From positions 1-64,000 of IMG/VR virus record IMGVR_UViG_3300045988_188298: 64,000 nucleotides of DNA; one strand, given 5' to 3'. Shown here piece after piece: positions 37,449 through 47,679 of this stretch. The stretch is from a virus. Both the position numbers and the translations under genes were made by a program. Position 1 is the first letter of the stretch. Every line of letters starts with the position of its first letter. Under the pieces are notes generated by a model that did not search any database, had not been told where the DNA came from, and worked only from the letters and a program-made list of their open reading frames with translations.

Positions 37449-39836
37449 ATGAAATACAATAACATCAATTCAACCCTTAATCCCTTTGATGATGAATTAA
37501 ACAAAAAGCACGCGCAATACGAGGAGTTTCGTGACAACCTATCAAATGAATCAATTTTCAGTAAAAAGCCGCAGGGATATGTTACACTGAAAAATGATTT
37601 TCCTGTTATCGACCAAGAAGACTGGGCAGTCCGAACCAACTATTATGAACAACTAAAAGAGGTTATTCCTCAACAAGACCTCAAAGCCCTATCTCATGGA
37701 ATTCATGTATGTGAAACAGGATTTAAAACAGAAGAATGGTCTGGTGATTTTAGCTTTGAGGCCGTAAAAACAGGCAAAATCAAGCAAATCAAAGTAACCA
37801 AGCCAACAGACTGGTATAAACACTTGATGGATAATCTAAGTATAAAATACCCTTACTATTTAAGTGAAAATAATCTTTATGTGATTTCTGTTAATGGCTT
37901 CAAAATACCAGTTCTGAAAGATTGGGTAAAGCTATATCAATCTGAGCTAGAAAACAATTCTAACACAGGAACAACAAGCTTTGCTATTGAAGAAAGTAAA
38001 AATAATGCTCTGGCAATATCTAATGACATTAAGACTCAAATGAATCAATTAACTCTTGCTGATTCTTTTGATGTTCCTGAACTGGCAGATATGAAAGAAG
38101 AATTTGAGGTTAAAAAAGCTGAACTTGAATCAATGCTGAAAGAGATGTATCAAAAGCAAGCTGCTATCCGGGAGCAACTGCAACAAGAAATTGAACTCAA
38201 TCAGCAAAAGCTCTTTGTTAAATCAGCAGACCTTTACGCCCTAGAGTACCGTTTAGGTTCTCCAGTAGAATTTAAGCAATTACTGCAAGGAACTCAGGCA
38301 GAACTAGAAACGCCTGTATCTATTCATCAAAAAGTGTATTTCTTGGATGAAGACCTTCCTCGTATTTCTCTGCTTACAAATATTCCAGAAGTGAAAAGTG
38401 TTGAAGAGTTGCTTTCTTCATCACCAGCAGCTCTTAATTATCTAGTGCCATCCAAAAAAGGGATTTCTTTTGTTAAGATGTCTCGCAACAACAAGGATTA
38501 CTCTTTAAACAAAGACCATAAACTAACTTATTCACAAAAATTCCACGCTAATCAAGTTGGAATTATTGTCCGAAACAATGAAAATGTCTGGTTTGCTTGG
38601 TGTGATGCTAATAAAGTCAAATTGACCGAAAACAGCTTTGCATCACGCTCAGTTAGTGAAGAACTGGACAAAGACTTACTTGCATCACGTTACTTCATTT
38701 TTAACTTAATTCTTGGACTTTTAGAACGTGGAGACCTTTTGAGCGTACCTACTCCACCTAAAGATATTGCAGGTCTAGAATTCAACCAATACGTGGTATT
38801 TTCTAACGCTGATGCACAAATTGAGAGTCATCCATATCTTCCATTTGCTGATATTGTAAAACAAGTTAATGACTTCGTTCAAAAGAATGATACGGTTTAT
38901 ATTCCTCAAACTTTAACAGATGGAGAGGTTGATGGCCGTAAATTCAAGGCCAGCCGAGGCAAGAGTAAGGACAGAGTAACAACCTATGGAGCAACGGTCA
39001 GCAAAGGCTTCAATGTTATGAAAGACATTGAATACAAACCTGACTTTACTGAGATTCGTTATGTAAGTGCAAACGGTTATTCAGAAAAAACGCCTAATTT
39101 CAGAATTGATGAAGATGAATTTATTTTAACTTGGGTATTCAATTCAACCGTTATTGATTATTATTTAGCTTCAAAACAAATCGGCGATTATGCTGTTCAA
39201 GGTGTTCGTGTTGACTTTGCCTATATGGCTTCTGTGTTAGCAGAAATCAGCCAAAAACTCAAAGAACAAGAGGAAAAAGAACGTCTGTTAGTTTCTTCTA
39301 AATTGTATGACTTAGGCCTTATTTCTTCTTTCAAACTTCTTAATGGAGTTAAGGTTCTTACTAAACGGTCAGCCAAAACTTATGAAAAATGGGTTTCTGG
39401 TCTATCTGATAAAGAATTAGAAGAATACAAGGATTACAAAGTCATCAACAAGGCACAAGAACTGTTGGCAGCACAACAGAAGACACGTTATTTTGTTGGC
39501 TTTGAAACAGATGGAAAGATTTTCTATCTTAATAAAAAACTTGGCGGTTCTTATTCTTACGGATATTACAAACATTACCAAATTAGTCAGTTTGAGACTT
39601 ATGCAAAAGATGAAAATATCTTTGTTGTGTTGACTGATTTGCCAGTCCAAGTTTATACTTCAAAAACAATTGCTGAGAAGCTTCGTAAAGAAATGTTGAA
39701 TGTAGAAAAAACATTCTCATTTAATGGTGAAACTTATGAGAAGCCAGAGTGGCGCGTGTTTGAGTTCTCCAAAGAAGAAGTTTCAAAATACCACAAACAT
39801 ATCAGCTTAGAAGAAATGAAAAATGGAAAGGATTAG
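37449..39836 (+). CDS. Large hypothetical protein (795 aa) with a central coiled coil
   Basis: Long ORF. Extended -10 TGATACAAT promoter at 37405-37413. RBS AGGAGAA. Confidence 0.55.
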   Translation: MKYNNINSTLNPFDDELNKKHAQYEEFRDNLSNESIFSKKPQGYVTLKNDFPVIDQEDWAVRTNYYEQLKEVIPQQDLKALSHGIHVCETGFKTEEWSGDFSFEAVKTGKIKQIKVTKPTDWYKHLMDNLSIKYPYYLSENNLYVISVNGFKIPVLKDWVKLYQSELENNSNTGTTSFAIEESKNNALAISNDIKTQMNQLTLADSFDVPELADMKEEFEVKKAELESMLKEMYQKQAAIREQLQQEIELNQQKLFVKSADLYALEYRLGSPVEFKQLLQGTQAELETPVSIHQKVYFLDEDLPRISLLTNIPEVKSVEELLSSSPAALNYLVPSKKGISFVKMSRNNKDYSLNKDHKLTYSQKFHANQVGIIVRNNENVWFAWCDANKVKLTENSFASRSVSEELDKDLLASRYFIFNLILGLLERGDLLSVPTPPKDIAGLEFNQYVVFSNADAQIESHPYLPFADIVKQVNDFVQKNDTVYIPQTLTDGEVDGRKFKASRGKSKDRVTTYGATVSKGFNVMKDIEYKPDFTEIRYVSANGYSEKTPNFRIDEDEFILTWVFNSTVIDYYLASKQIGDYAVQGVRVDFAYMASVLAEISQKLKEQEEKERLLVSSKLYDLGLISSFKLLNGVKVLTKRSAKTYEKWVSGLSDKELEEYKDYKVINKAQELLAAQQKTRYFVGFETDGKIFYLNKKLGGSYSYGYYKHYQISQFETYAKDENIFVVLTDLPVQVYTSKTIAEKLRKEMLNVEKTFSFNGETYEKPEWRVFEFSKEEVSKYHKHISLEEMKNGKD

Positions 39837-39905
39837 ACAAAAAACAGCTCTGTCTTATTTTCAGTAACGAATAGGCAAAACTGACAATTTTGTTTAGGAA
39901 GAATA

Positions 39906-40289
39906 ATGAAATTATATTTAGTATCTGAAAAAATAGAATTTACTAGTTCAAGTGCCGTAGTAGTTTTACCTAAAACATCTTTTAGTAATTTAGGGATTTT
40001 TACGAGCCTAGATAGAGCCTATCAAGAAGCTTCTGGATATTATAAAGTAAGTAGTCTTTCAGATGAAGTAGAATCTACTGAACTAGAAAATTATCAATCA
40101 AAAATTTATACAAAATCAGAAGTTTTGGGAAAATTGAAAATTCAAAAAGTAGCAGAAGAGCTTTCACCTTTATTATTAGTTTGTGAAGAGATTCAAAAAA
40201 ATCATTCTCCTGCTGATTATAAAATCTGGACAGCACAAACAAAGTCTATCTATATACAAGTTTTCAACCCAAACTCTATTTTATATTAA
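39906..40289 (+). CDS. Hypothetical small protein
   Basis: ORF with RBS GGAAGAATA. Confidence 0.4.
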   Translation: MKLYLVSEKIEFTSSSAVVVLPKTSFSNLGIFTSLDRAYQEASGYYKVSSLSDEVESTELENYQSKIYTKSEVLGKLKIQKVAEELSPLLLVCEEIQKNHSPADYKIWTAQTKSIYIQVFNPNSILY

Positions 40290-40349
40290 TGAATAGGAGA
40301 AAAATATGCAAGAAATAAAAATGAAAACAGGAGAAAAATAGTTTAAAAT

Positions 40350-41322
40350 ATGAATCGTTACAAAACAATTGATTTATTTGCTGGAATTGGTGGTCTTCGT
40401 TTGGGCTTTGACCAAACCAATCGGACGGAGACTGTATTTTCTAGCGAGATAGATAAATTTGCAAGACAAACATATCAAGCAAATTTTGGAACTGAACCGG
40501 GGGGGGGATATTACTAAGATAGAAGCATCTGATATTCCTGACCACGATATTCTCTTGGCAGGTTTTCCTTGTCAAGCTTTCTCACATGCCGGACTAAAGA
40601 AAGGTTTTGAAGATATTCGAGGAACTTTATTCTTTGATGTCGCTAGGATTTTGAAAGAAAAGAGGCCCAAAGCGTTTTTGTTAGAAAATGTAAAAGGCCT
40701 TATAGCGCATGACAATGGCAATACATTCAAAGTTATTTTAGAGACATTGAATGAGTTGGGTTATGATGTTCATTATAAAATCCTCAACACAAAAGATTTC
40801 AACATCCCTCAGAATAGGGAACGTATCTATATTGTTGGATTTTTAAAAGAAGTAGTTCTAAATTCTTCTATCTTTGATTTCCCTATTGAAGAACTAAAGA
40901 AACCGGGATATTTACAAGTTTTTAAAAAAGCTGTTCTGGGAGATGTTTTAGAAAAACATGCTTCAGATAACTACACTATATCTGACAAAGCATGGAAAGG
41001 TCTCAAAAACAGAAAGAAGCGGAATCAGGAATCTGGTAAAGGTTTTGGTTATTCCTTGGTCAATCCTAAATCTGAATACACAAGAACTTTGGTTGCTCAT
41101 TATTGCAAGGATGGGAATGAAATTCTTTTAGAACAAGATGGGAAGAATCCTAGAAAACTAACTGAACGAGAATGTGCTAGACTACAAGGGTTTCCAGAAG
41201 ATTTTGTTTTTCCTTGCAGCAAAACACAGACCTACAAACAATTAGGTAATTCTGTTACAGTTCCAGTTATTTATAAAATTGCTCGCAAGATTATTATGAA
41301 ACTAGATAAAGACACAAAATAA
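40350..41322 (+). pseudogene. DNA cytosine-5 methyltransferase interrupted by a +1 frameshift at a G9 homopolymer (40499-40507)
   Basis: Motif I DLFAGIGG in frame 0. Then GDITKI, PCQAFS and ENV motifs in frame +1 (ORF 40459-41322). Eight Gs would restore a single ORF reading EPGGDITKI. Confidence 0.85.
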
Positions 41323-41358
41323 AAGACTAGAATTATTTATTTCTAGTCTTTTTTATTA

Positions 41359-42690
41359 TTATTTCTTGCGGCGTTTGAACAATGTTCCACTACCTAGTCC
41401 AAGGGCAGCCAAGCCTCCTGCAAACTGCATACCGATAGCTTCAGCACCAGTCTTAGGAAGTGTTTTGTTTCCTACTGTTGGTTTTGGAGTTTCCTTTTTA
41501 CCAACTTCTTGCTTTTGAGGAGTTTCTGATGGGGTTGCTGGTGTTTTTGATTTATCACCATCATCTTCTTTCTTCTCAGGAGCTTTTTCTGGAGTTTCTG
41601 TTACTTTTGGAGTTTCTTCTTTTTTCTCCAGATTTGGCTTTTCTGTAGTTGGTGTTTCTACTGGTTTCTCTACTGGCTTTTTAGGAAGCTCATTTGGTTC
41701 TGGCTTATCAGTCAGATGTTCGTTAGGGGTAGGAAAAACTGATTCTCGGATAGTTTCAACCGGTTTTTCAGCAGGCTTTTCAACTTCCTTAGCTTTCACA
41801 TTGTCCTTTTGAGACTTGACAGTTGTAGCATCTTTATCTAGCTTTTCTAGTAGAGTTCCACCAACCTTACGAAGAACAACAACTTCAACCTTACCTTTTT
41901 GAACGATAGATTTAGAAATTGTGATATTTCCAGTTGCTTCATCAAATTTGAATCCATCTTTAACAAATTCAGCTTCTTTTCTGAAATGGTCAAAAATGTA
42001 ATCAAGCTTACCAGTTTTTGGGTTGCGGAAAAGTTTAACATTGGTTACATTGCTAGTCTTGTCAGCAGTGGCAGGCTTATTGTTGAAGAATAAAACTGTC
42101 AAAGCTTTTACATTGTCATCTGTTTTGACATAAAAGTTTTGTTCGTCTGATGTCAAATAAAGATTTTTTTGTTCTGCATCAGTCTTTTTAGCTTCATCCT
42201 TTTGAGGCGCTGCTGATGGAGCTTTCAATGGAGCTGTAGAAATGCTTGTTTGTACCTTTTTAGGGGCAGCAGGTGCAGGAGTAGAAGTCTGAGCATTTGT
42301 ATCTGTTGCAGGCTTTGCAGATGGTGCTTTTAGTGGAGCTGTAGAAACAGATGTTTGCACAGTTGCTTGTGGTTTATCACCAAAGATTTCTTTTCGAACA
42401 GCAGCCGTATCTTCGGATTCTTTTGTTGGTTGGGCCTTAACATCCTTGCCTACAATGTCCATATAGTTGTCAGTGCTTTTAGCTTCTACTTTATCTGTAG
42501 TTGTGGTTACTTTATCTGGCGTTGCTGTTTTATCTGTGGTAGGGTTTGCAGCATCTGATGTGGTTGTAGTGGCTGAATTTTCCTGTTTTACAATAGGAGT
42601 ATTTTCAGCAGCAAAAACATTTTGCGCAGAACCTAGCCCAACAATACCAGCAAGTGCTAGAGAACTAGCCAATCGAAATTTCTTATTCAT
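41359..42690 (-). CDS. LPxTG cell-wall-anchored surface protein
   Basis: Signal peptide. C-terminal LPKTG, hydrophobic segment and KRRKK tail. Terminator at 41330-41358. Confidence 0.8.
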   Translation of the reverse strand: MNKKFRLASSLALAGIVGLGSAQNVFAAENTPIVKQENSATTTTSDAANPTTDKTATPDKVTTTTDKVEAKSTDNYMDIVGKDVKAQPTKESEDTAAVRKEIFGDKPQATVQTSVSTAPLKAPSAKPATDTNAQTSTPAPAAPKKVQTSISTAPLKAPSAAPQKDEAKKTDAEQKNLYLTSDEQNFYVKTDDNVKALTVLFFNNKPATADKTSNVTNVKLFRNPKTGKLDYIFDHFRKEAEFVKDGFKFDEATGNITISKSIVQKGKVEVVVLRKVGGTLLEKLDKDATTVKSQKDNVKAKEVEKPAEKPVETIRESVFPTPNEHLTDKPEPNELPKKPVEKPVETPTTEKPNLEKKEETPKVTETPEKAPEKKEDDGDKSKTPATPSETPQKQEVGKKETPKPTVGNKTLPKTGAEAIGMQFAGGLAALGLGSGTLFKRRKK

Positions 42691-42884
42691 ATGAATAAAA
42701 CCTTCTCTTTCATAAATTATTGATTTAATTAATTAATTTTTGTTTGGCAAAACATTTGATTTATTTTATCACTAATTCAAACATTTATATCCATTAACAA
42801 TTATATTAAGATTTCTTCATTTGTCAAATTTTATTACGAATTAATGACAAAACAAAAAAGGCTTTTTAAGCCTTTTTATTTTTA

Positions 42885-43220
42885 CTAAGACATATTATCT
42901 GTCATGAAAATAACGACATTGTGTGTCTTGTTATCTTCTCCCAGAATATCACATTCAAAAATGGATTTATATATCATTCCTGAATATGGCTCGTTGCAAG
43001 CAGCGTCAAAATCTTCTTTTAAGGCAACTTTGTACTCAAAGTTCCTATGGCTGAACTTAATTTCCCAGTAGAAATCTGTGATTAGAGGTTCTTCAAGATA
43101 AACAACCTCATATTCTTCCAGTTCAAAATCCAAGCCTTGAATCATCTTCATCATGGCTTGATAAAAGATGCTGCTCATGTTGATTTTGTCATTCTGTAAA
43201 GCTGTTATACTCAATCTCAT
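42885..43220 (-). CDS. Hypothetical small protein
   Basis: ORF with a promoter module at 43245-43290 on the minus strand. Confidence 0.4.
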   Translation of the reverse strand: MRLSITALQNDKINMSSIFYQAMMKMIQGLDFELEEYEVVYLEEPLITDFYWEIKFSHRNFEYKVALKEDFDAACNEPYSGMIYKSIFECDILGEDNKTHNVVIFMTDNMS

Positions 43221-43315
43221 TTTTACATTCTCCTTTTTATTAAACTGTAAATATTATAAAATGTTTTACAACTTTTATTATAAAACAAAAAAGATGGATA
43301 ATATCCACCTTTTCA

Positions 43316-43567
43316 TTAATATTCATTTGCATTTTCAGTCTTATCTGAAAGCAAGCCGTCTTTGATGGCAAAAGGAAACACCAAAGCCAAGCTGATAGTT
43401 GAGCAAGCCAATGCTCGCGCAATATCTGAATCAGTAATCATTGTCAAAAATACTCCAATGAATGATACAACAATGAAACCTAAAGAAATACGTCTTGCTT
43501 TTGGCGAAAGCGCCAAAAATAGCAAGCTGTAAACGAAAACGCCAATAGAAAATAGAATTAGTTCCAT
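43316..43567 (-). CDS. Small membrane protein
   Basis: Two TM helices. Confidence 0.4.
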   Translation of the reverse strand: MELILFSIGVFVYSLLFLALSPKARRISLGFIVVSFIGVFLTMITDSDIARALACSTISLALVFPFAIKDGLLSDKTENANEY

Positions 43568-43679
43568 AATAATAATCTCCTTATATTGAAAAAATATTGT
43601 TTTAAAATTAGTTACATAAAGTATTATAAAACAAAAAAGACCGAAATTTCATAAATTCCAATCTTTTTTTAAATATTTT

Positions 43680-44084
43680 TTAGGCTGATTTCACAGTATG
43701 TGAAATACCCACCAAAATGCCATTTTCAATTTCCAGCTCCAACTTATGGATATAAGCTGTTTCTGGGTCAATCAATACTGTATATTGGAATTCAGTCCAA
43801 GAAACAGTTGGTTTCTTGCCAATTTCCAATTCATAGAAACTTCCATGTAAGAAGTCAAACATAACTTCGATTAAATCGTTGTCATGCTGAGTGGCCTCCA
43901 AAAGCCCTTCACCAAACTTTTGGATTTTAACGTATCGAATGATACCTGAGTTCAAAATATTTTGAAACTCAGCGGCTGCTTCTTTATATGCTTCTTTACG
44001 AGTGTCAATGGAGCTTTTGATAATCATGATTGCTCTATCGGCGATATTGATGTTTGAAAACTTCAATTCTTCTTTTTTTGACAT
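43680..44084 (-). CDS. Hypothetical protein
   Basis: ORF with a promoter module at 44150-44190. Confidence 0.4.
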   Translation of the reverse strand: MSKKEELKFSNINIADRAIMIIKSSIDTRKEAYKEAAAEFQNILNSGIIRYVKIQKFGEGLLEATQHDNDLIEVMFDFLHGSFYELEIGKKPTVSWTEFQYTVLIDPETAYIHKLELEIENGILVGISHTVKSA

Positions 44085-44244
44085 TTTTGTTTACCATGTA
44101 TCTCATCTTTATAAATGAGAGCCTTTCTTTTTGTTAATTTTAAAAATAATAATTGTAAAAAGTTTTACATCTTTTATTATAAAACAAAAAAGACTGGTTT
44201 TTCAAAAACGACCAATCTTTTTCTAAAAAAATATTTTAAATTAA

Positions 44245-44859
44245 TTAACCAATACTCATGAAATCATCTTTCATTTGTTGCCCGGCATCAGTCAACATTT
44301 CAAACGAGGACAACCATTTTTTCGTGGATTGAATATCTATATCCACACCCATTTCTTCAGATAACAAATTCATCCATAGCTCACCATCTTCTCCTAAAGT
44401 TTGGCAAACATCTGCATCTTTTAAGATAGACTTCAATGTCTTATACTCTTCTTCCGAGCCTAGTTTCCCAATTTTGCGATTATCTGTGGCATAAATCAAA
44501 TCTCGAATTAATTTATTGTCAGCATAATCAAGCAGATAATAAGCTGAGGATTGTTCAAATACAAATACAGCAGTATCTAAGTTTTCTACTTCTGATTTAT
44601 CTTTATCATAACCTGCATCATGATACAAAGCTGCAAGAAGTAAACAAACAATTTCATTTTTAGGGAATGAAGCTGTAAGAGGATTGTTTAAGCATCTTTC
44701 AGCTACAGACCACATATGAGCCGGATTGTGATAAGAGTTATGATTATCATAAGTATTTTGGTCACTTACAATATTTTCTACTTGAAATCCATTTACATTG
44801 AGTAATGCCTCAATGTAGAAACGGTTTGATAAAACAGCTTTATTTTTTTCTAATGTCAT
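44245..44859 (-). CDS. HD-domain phosphohydrolase
   Basis: H...LYHDAGY metal-binding motif. Confidence 0.6.
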   Translation of the reverse strand: MTLEKNKAVLSNRFYIEALLNVNGFQVENIVSDQNTYDNHNSYHNPAHMWSVAERCLNNPLTASFPKNEIVCLLLAALYHDAGYDKDKSEVENLDTAVFVFEQSSAYYLLDYADNKLIRDLIYATDNRKIGKLGSEEEYKTLKSILKDADVCQTLGEDGELWMNLLSEEMGVDIDIQSTKKWLSSFEMLTDAGQQMKDDFMSIG

Positions 44860-44871
44860 ATTAATTACTAA

Positions 44872-46290
44872 TTATCCTTTCTTTCTATTATTTTCTTCTT
44901 CAATAATTTTTTCTTCTTCCTCTAAAGCTTTGGCATAAGAGAAAGTCATTAAAAACTCTTGCTTCAAACGCTCAATGAACTGTTTGACATCTTCTTCGTC
45001 ATGTTCTTGTCTGTATCGTCCAATTTTAGCCCCAAAACTACGAAGAAATGCACGGTTTTGAATGTCATCAAGTACAGTGAATGGAAGATTCCAGATGTGT
45101 CTTAAAGCTACAGTAATGAACATATTTTTACCGATTTTGACAAAGATATGACTTCTCCTAGAATTAATCAATACTTGATTTTCTTGAACTTCTGGGAAAT
45201 ACAATTTTAAATATTCAATATTCTTATACTTCAACATATGTCTCAGCATATAAGTTGAAAGACCAACTGGTTTTTCTTGACTTACATCAAAACCATTCAT
45301 TGCCTGATATTGCAATGGCCTAGATGGGATTAAGACTTTATCTTTTTTGCAGCCATAAAGAATGTTTTCTTTAAAATCCATAACAGCGTACAAACCATCA
45401 TTTTTTGTACCTGTTTTTTCATGAGCATTTAAGAACCTATCAATGCTTGACAAATCAAGCAAAACCATTTTTTCAGTTTCAGAATCACCAGCTCCAAAGA
45501 ATAAAGATGATAAATTAGCTTGTTTTACAAACAATTCAGGTAAATCAAGCAGCTTAAAGTTTCTTTGAACTGTTAAGTTCTTATAGAAAACAGTAATATC
45601 AATCGTATTTTTGTTAAAGGCCATCTGAACACGCGCCTCTTTAGAAGCTTTTAGTTCAGACAAGAAGTGAACAAACTCAGACCGTTCAATATATTTATTA
45701 GAGTACGGATGCTTCAAGTATTTCCAACGAATTGTTTGTCCATTAGAAAAAGAAAAGACCTTGTTATCATGAAATACAAAATTACTCAAAAATTGAGCAC
45801 GTTGATTAAATTCTTTTAGTCCATCAGTTGCATCCATAAACTTATAATCAATAAGGAAGTCACTCAATGCCTCAGATGTTTCTTCTTTTAACTCAGGAAT
45901 AACTTTCAAAGCCCCTTTATCTGATTGAAAGAACCCATAATCATCGCTTAGACAGATTTCTCCCTTATCTGTTTCTAAATAAAGAGAATCAGCAGAAACT
46001 AAGAATCTAAACTCTCCAACTAAAGGTAAAGAAAAGAATTTAGAAGACATATCTTCTACAAGTTGAGCAATGTTTGTGATTGGTGCTTCCCAAGTATCTT
46101 CAATACTGTTTAAGTCAGCTCCTAGTGGATAAACAATTTGTTCTTGGTTTTTATGACTAATAACAACCACTTCTGGGCCGAAGCTAATTTTTACTCCGCC
46201 AGATGAGTTTTTAAACTCTGATTTTGTCACACCTAAAAACTTGAATAAACTTTTAAAAATAGATGAAAATTCTTTAAAATTCATTACCAA
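44872..46290 (-). CDS. Hypothetical protein (472 aa). Candidate restriction endonuclease by operon position only
   Basis: Start overlaps the stop of the upstream short HTH gene. Sits downstream of a C5 methyltransferase and a controller-like regulator. Confidence 0.4.
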   Translation of the reverse strand: MVMNFKEFSSIFKSLFKFLGVTKSEFKNSSGGVKISFGPEVVVISHKNQEQIVYPLGADLNSIEDTWEAPITNIAQLVEDMSSKFFSLPLVGEFRFLVSADSLYLETDKGEICLSDDYGFFQSDKGALKVIPELKEETSEALSDFLIDYKFMDATDGLKEFNQRAQFLSNFVFHDNKVFSFSNGQTIRWKYLKHPYSNKYIERSEFVHFLSELKASKEARVQMAFNKNTIDITVFYKNLTVQRNFKLLDLPELFVKQANLSSLFFGAGDSETEKMVLLDLSSIDRFLNAHEKTGTKNDGLYAVMDFKENILYGCKKDKVLIPSRPLQYQAMNGFDVSQEKPVGLSTYMLRHMLKYKNIEYLKLYFPEVQENQVLINSRRSHIFVKIGKNMFITVALRHIWNLPFTVLDDIQNRAFLRSFGAKIGRYRQEHDEEDVKQFIERLKQEFLMTFSYAKALEEEEKIIEEENNRKKG

Positions 46291-46505
46291 TCTCCTTTTT
46301 CTGGATTATTAGCTTCATTTATATAGTCTTGAACCTTTTCAAGAGTTTCTTCCCTAAGATTTTTAAATTGCTTTCGGCCTAAACGAATCTGTGAAATCGT
46401 TGATGCTCCAATTCCGGTATCTTTTGCCAATCGTCTAACTGGTATATTTTCATTAAATAGTGTTTCTTTAACTTTTTCTGTATCAATAATCATATAGCAC
46501 CTCAC
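46284..46505 (-). CDS. Short XRE-family HTH regulator (paralogue 2 of 3), controller-protein-like
   Basis: HTH region RRLAKDTGIGASTISQIRLG. Located between the methyltransferase and the 472-aa ORF. Confidence 0.55.
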   Translation of the reverse strand: MRCYMIIDTEKVKETLFNENIPVRRLAKDTGIGASTISQIRLGRKQFKNLREETLEKVQDYINEANNPEKGDW

Positions 46506-46596
46506 TGTTTTTATAGGTTAGTTCTATTATACCACTACCTGTATACTTTAGTCAACAATAAAAGAGATGTATGCTTTTTTACATCTCTTCTTGTAA

Positions 46597-47548
46597 TTAT
46601 TGTAGGCTGTCTTTAATAGCTTCAGCTAGTCTTTTTATAACTGGCACAGAAACACTGTTGCCTGCCTGTTTATATAATCTGGAATTGCTTTGATTAGGGA
46701 ATTTATAGTCTTCTGGAAAGCCTTGGGCATTGAAACATTCTCGTGGGGTTAGTTTCCTAATCCGTCCATCTTCAGTTAAAATCAAAGGAACATTGCTGCC
46801 ACCCGTGCCCATGTTGGCTGTCAAAGTTGGAATTAATCCGTTTTTATTTTCTCTGACGTACTTTCGTCTCCATTGATAAATCCTGTCATTTCTTGTTATT
46901 CCTTCCTCTAACTTATCATAAAATTTATTTTTCTTCTTAGAATAATAATACTTTTCATCAACAGGGTTCTTGAAATCAATAACATCATCTAGTTTTGTAG
47001 TTAGTGGAATTTCATCAGGCATTGTAAAGTTATTGAAGTCTTCAATGTCTCTAAAGGCTACAATATAGATTCGTTCTCGTCCTTGTGGAATATTACCATA
47101 TTTGGCTGAATTCATCACTTTATAAGATATATAATAACCAAGGTCTTCTAGTGTTCTAGTAATCACGGAGAAAGTTCTTCCTTCATCATGTGACACTAGG
47201 TTTTTTACATTTTCAAAAAACGCAACTCTAGGCTTTCTTTCAGATATAACTCTAGCAACATCAAAGAATAAAGTTCCTCTAGCGTCACTAAATCCTAATT
47301 GTTTGCCTGCTAGGGAAAATGCTTGGCAAGGGAAACCAGCAAGCAAGACATCAAGGTCCGGCAATTCTGATGCTTCTATAGTTGTAATATCTCTCACATC
47401 TACTTTTATGCCAAAATTTTCTTCAAACGTTTGAGCTGGATATACATCAATTTCATTGGCATAGACAGTTGTAAAACCTGCTTGTGCGAAGCCTAAGTCC
47501 ACCCCCCACTCCTGAAAATAGAGAGGCCATTTTCAATTCTTTTTTCAT
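46597..47548 (-). pseudogene. DNA cytosine-5 methyltransferase with a frameshift at a G6 tract (C6 on the plus strand, 47502-47507) separating motif I from the rest
   Basis: An upstream ATG at 47548 gives MKKELKMASLFSGVGG (motif I), then the frame is lost. The main ORF from GTG at 47502 carries PCQAFS and ENV motifs. A -1 or +2 change in the tract restores one ORF. Confidence 0.8.
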
Positions 47549-47679
47549 AATAAAAATTTACCTACTTTTATTTATTTTTTATAGCATATTACATTTTATC
47601 ATTTTTTGAAGCATAAAACAAAAAAGAGATGTAAACAATTTATTTTACATCTCTTTTCTATTGAATATTAATTAATTAA

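Noticed and set aside
47590-47650. A further copy of the promoter module (gatgtaaacaatttattttacatc)
   Set aside because: Here the TGTAAA/TTTACA halves are part of a perfect 11-bp-stem hairpin, agagatgtaaa/tttacatctct, followed by a T-tract. This is an intrinsic terminator rather than a promoter.
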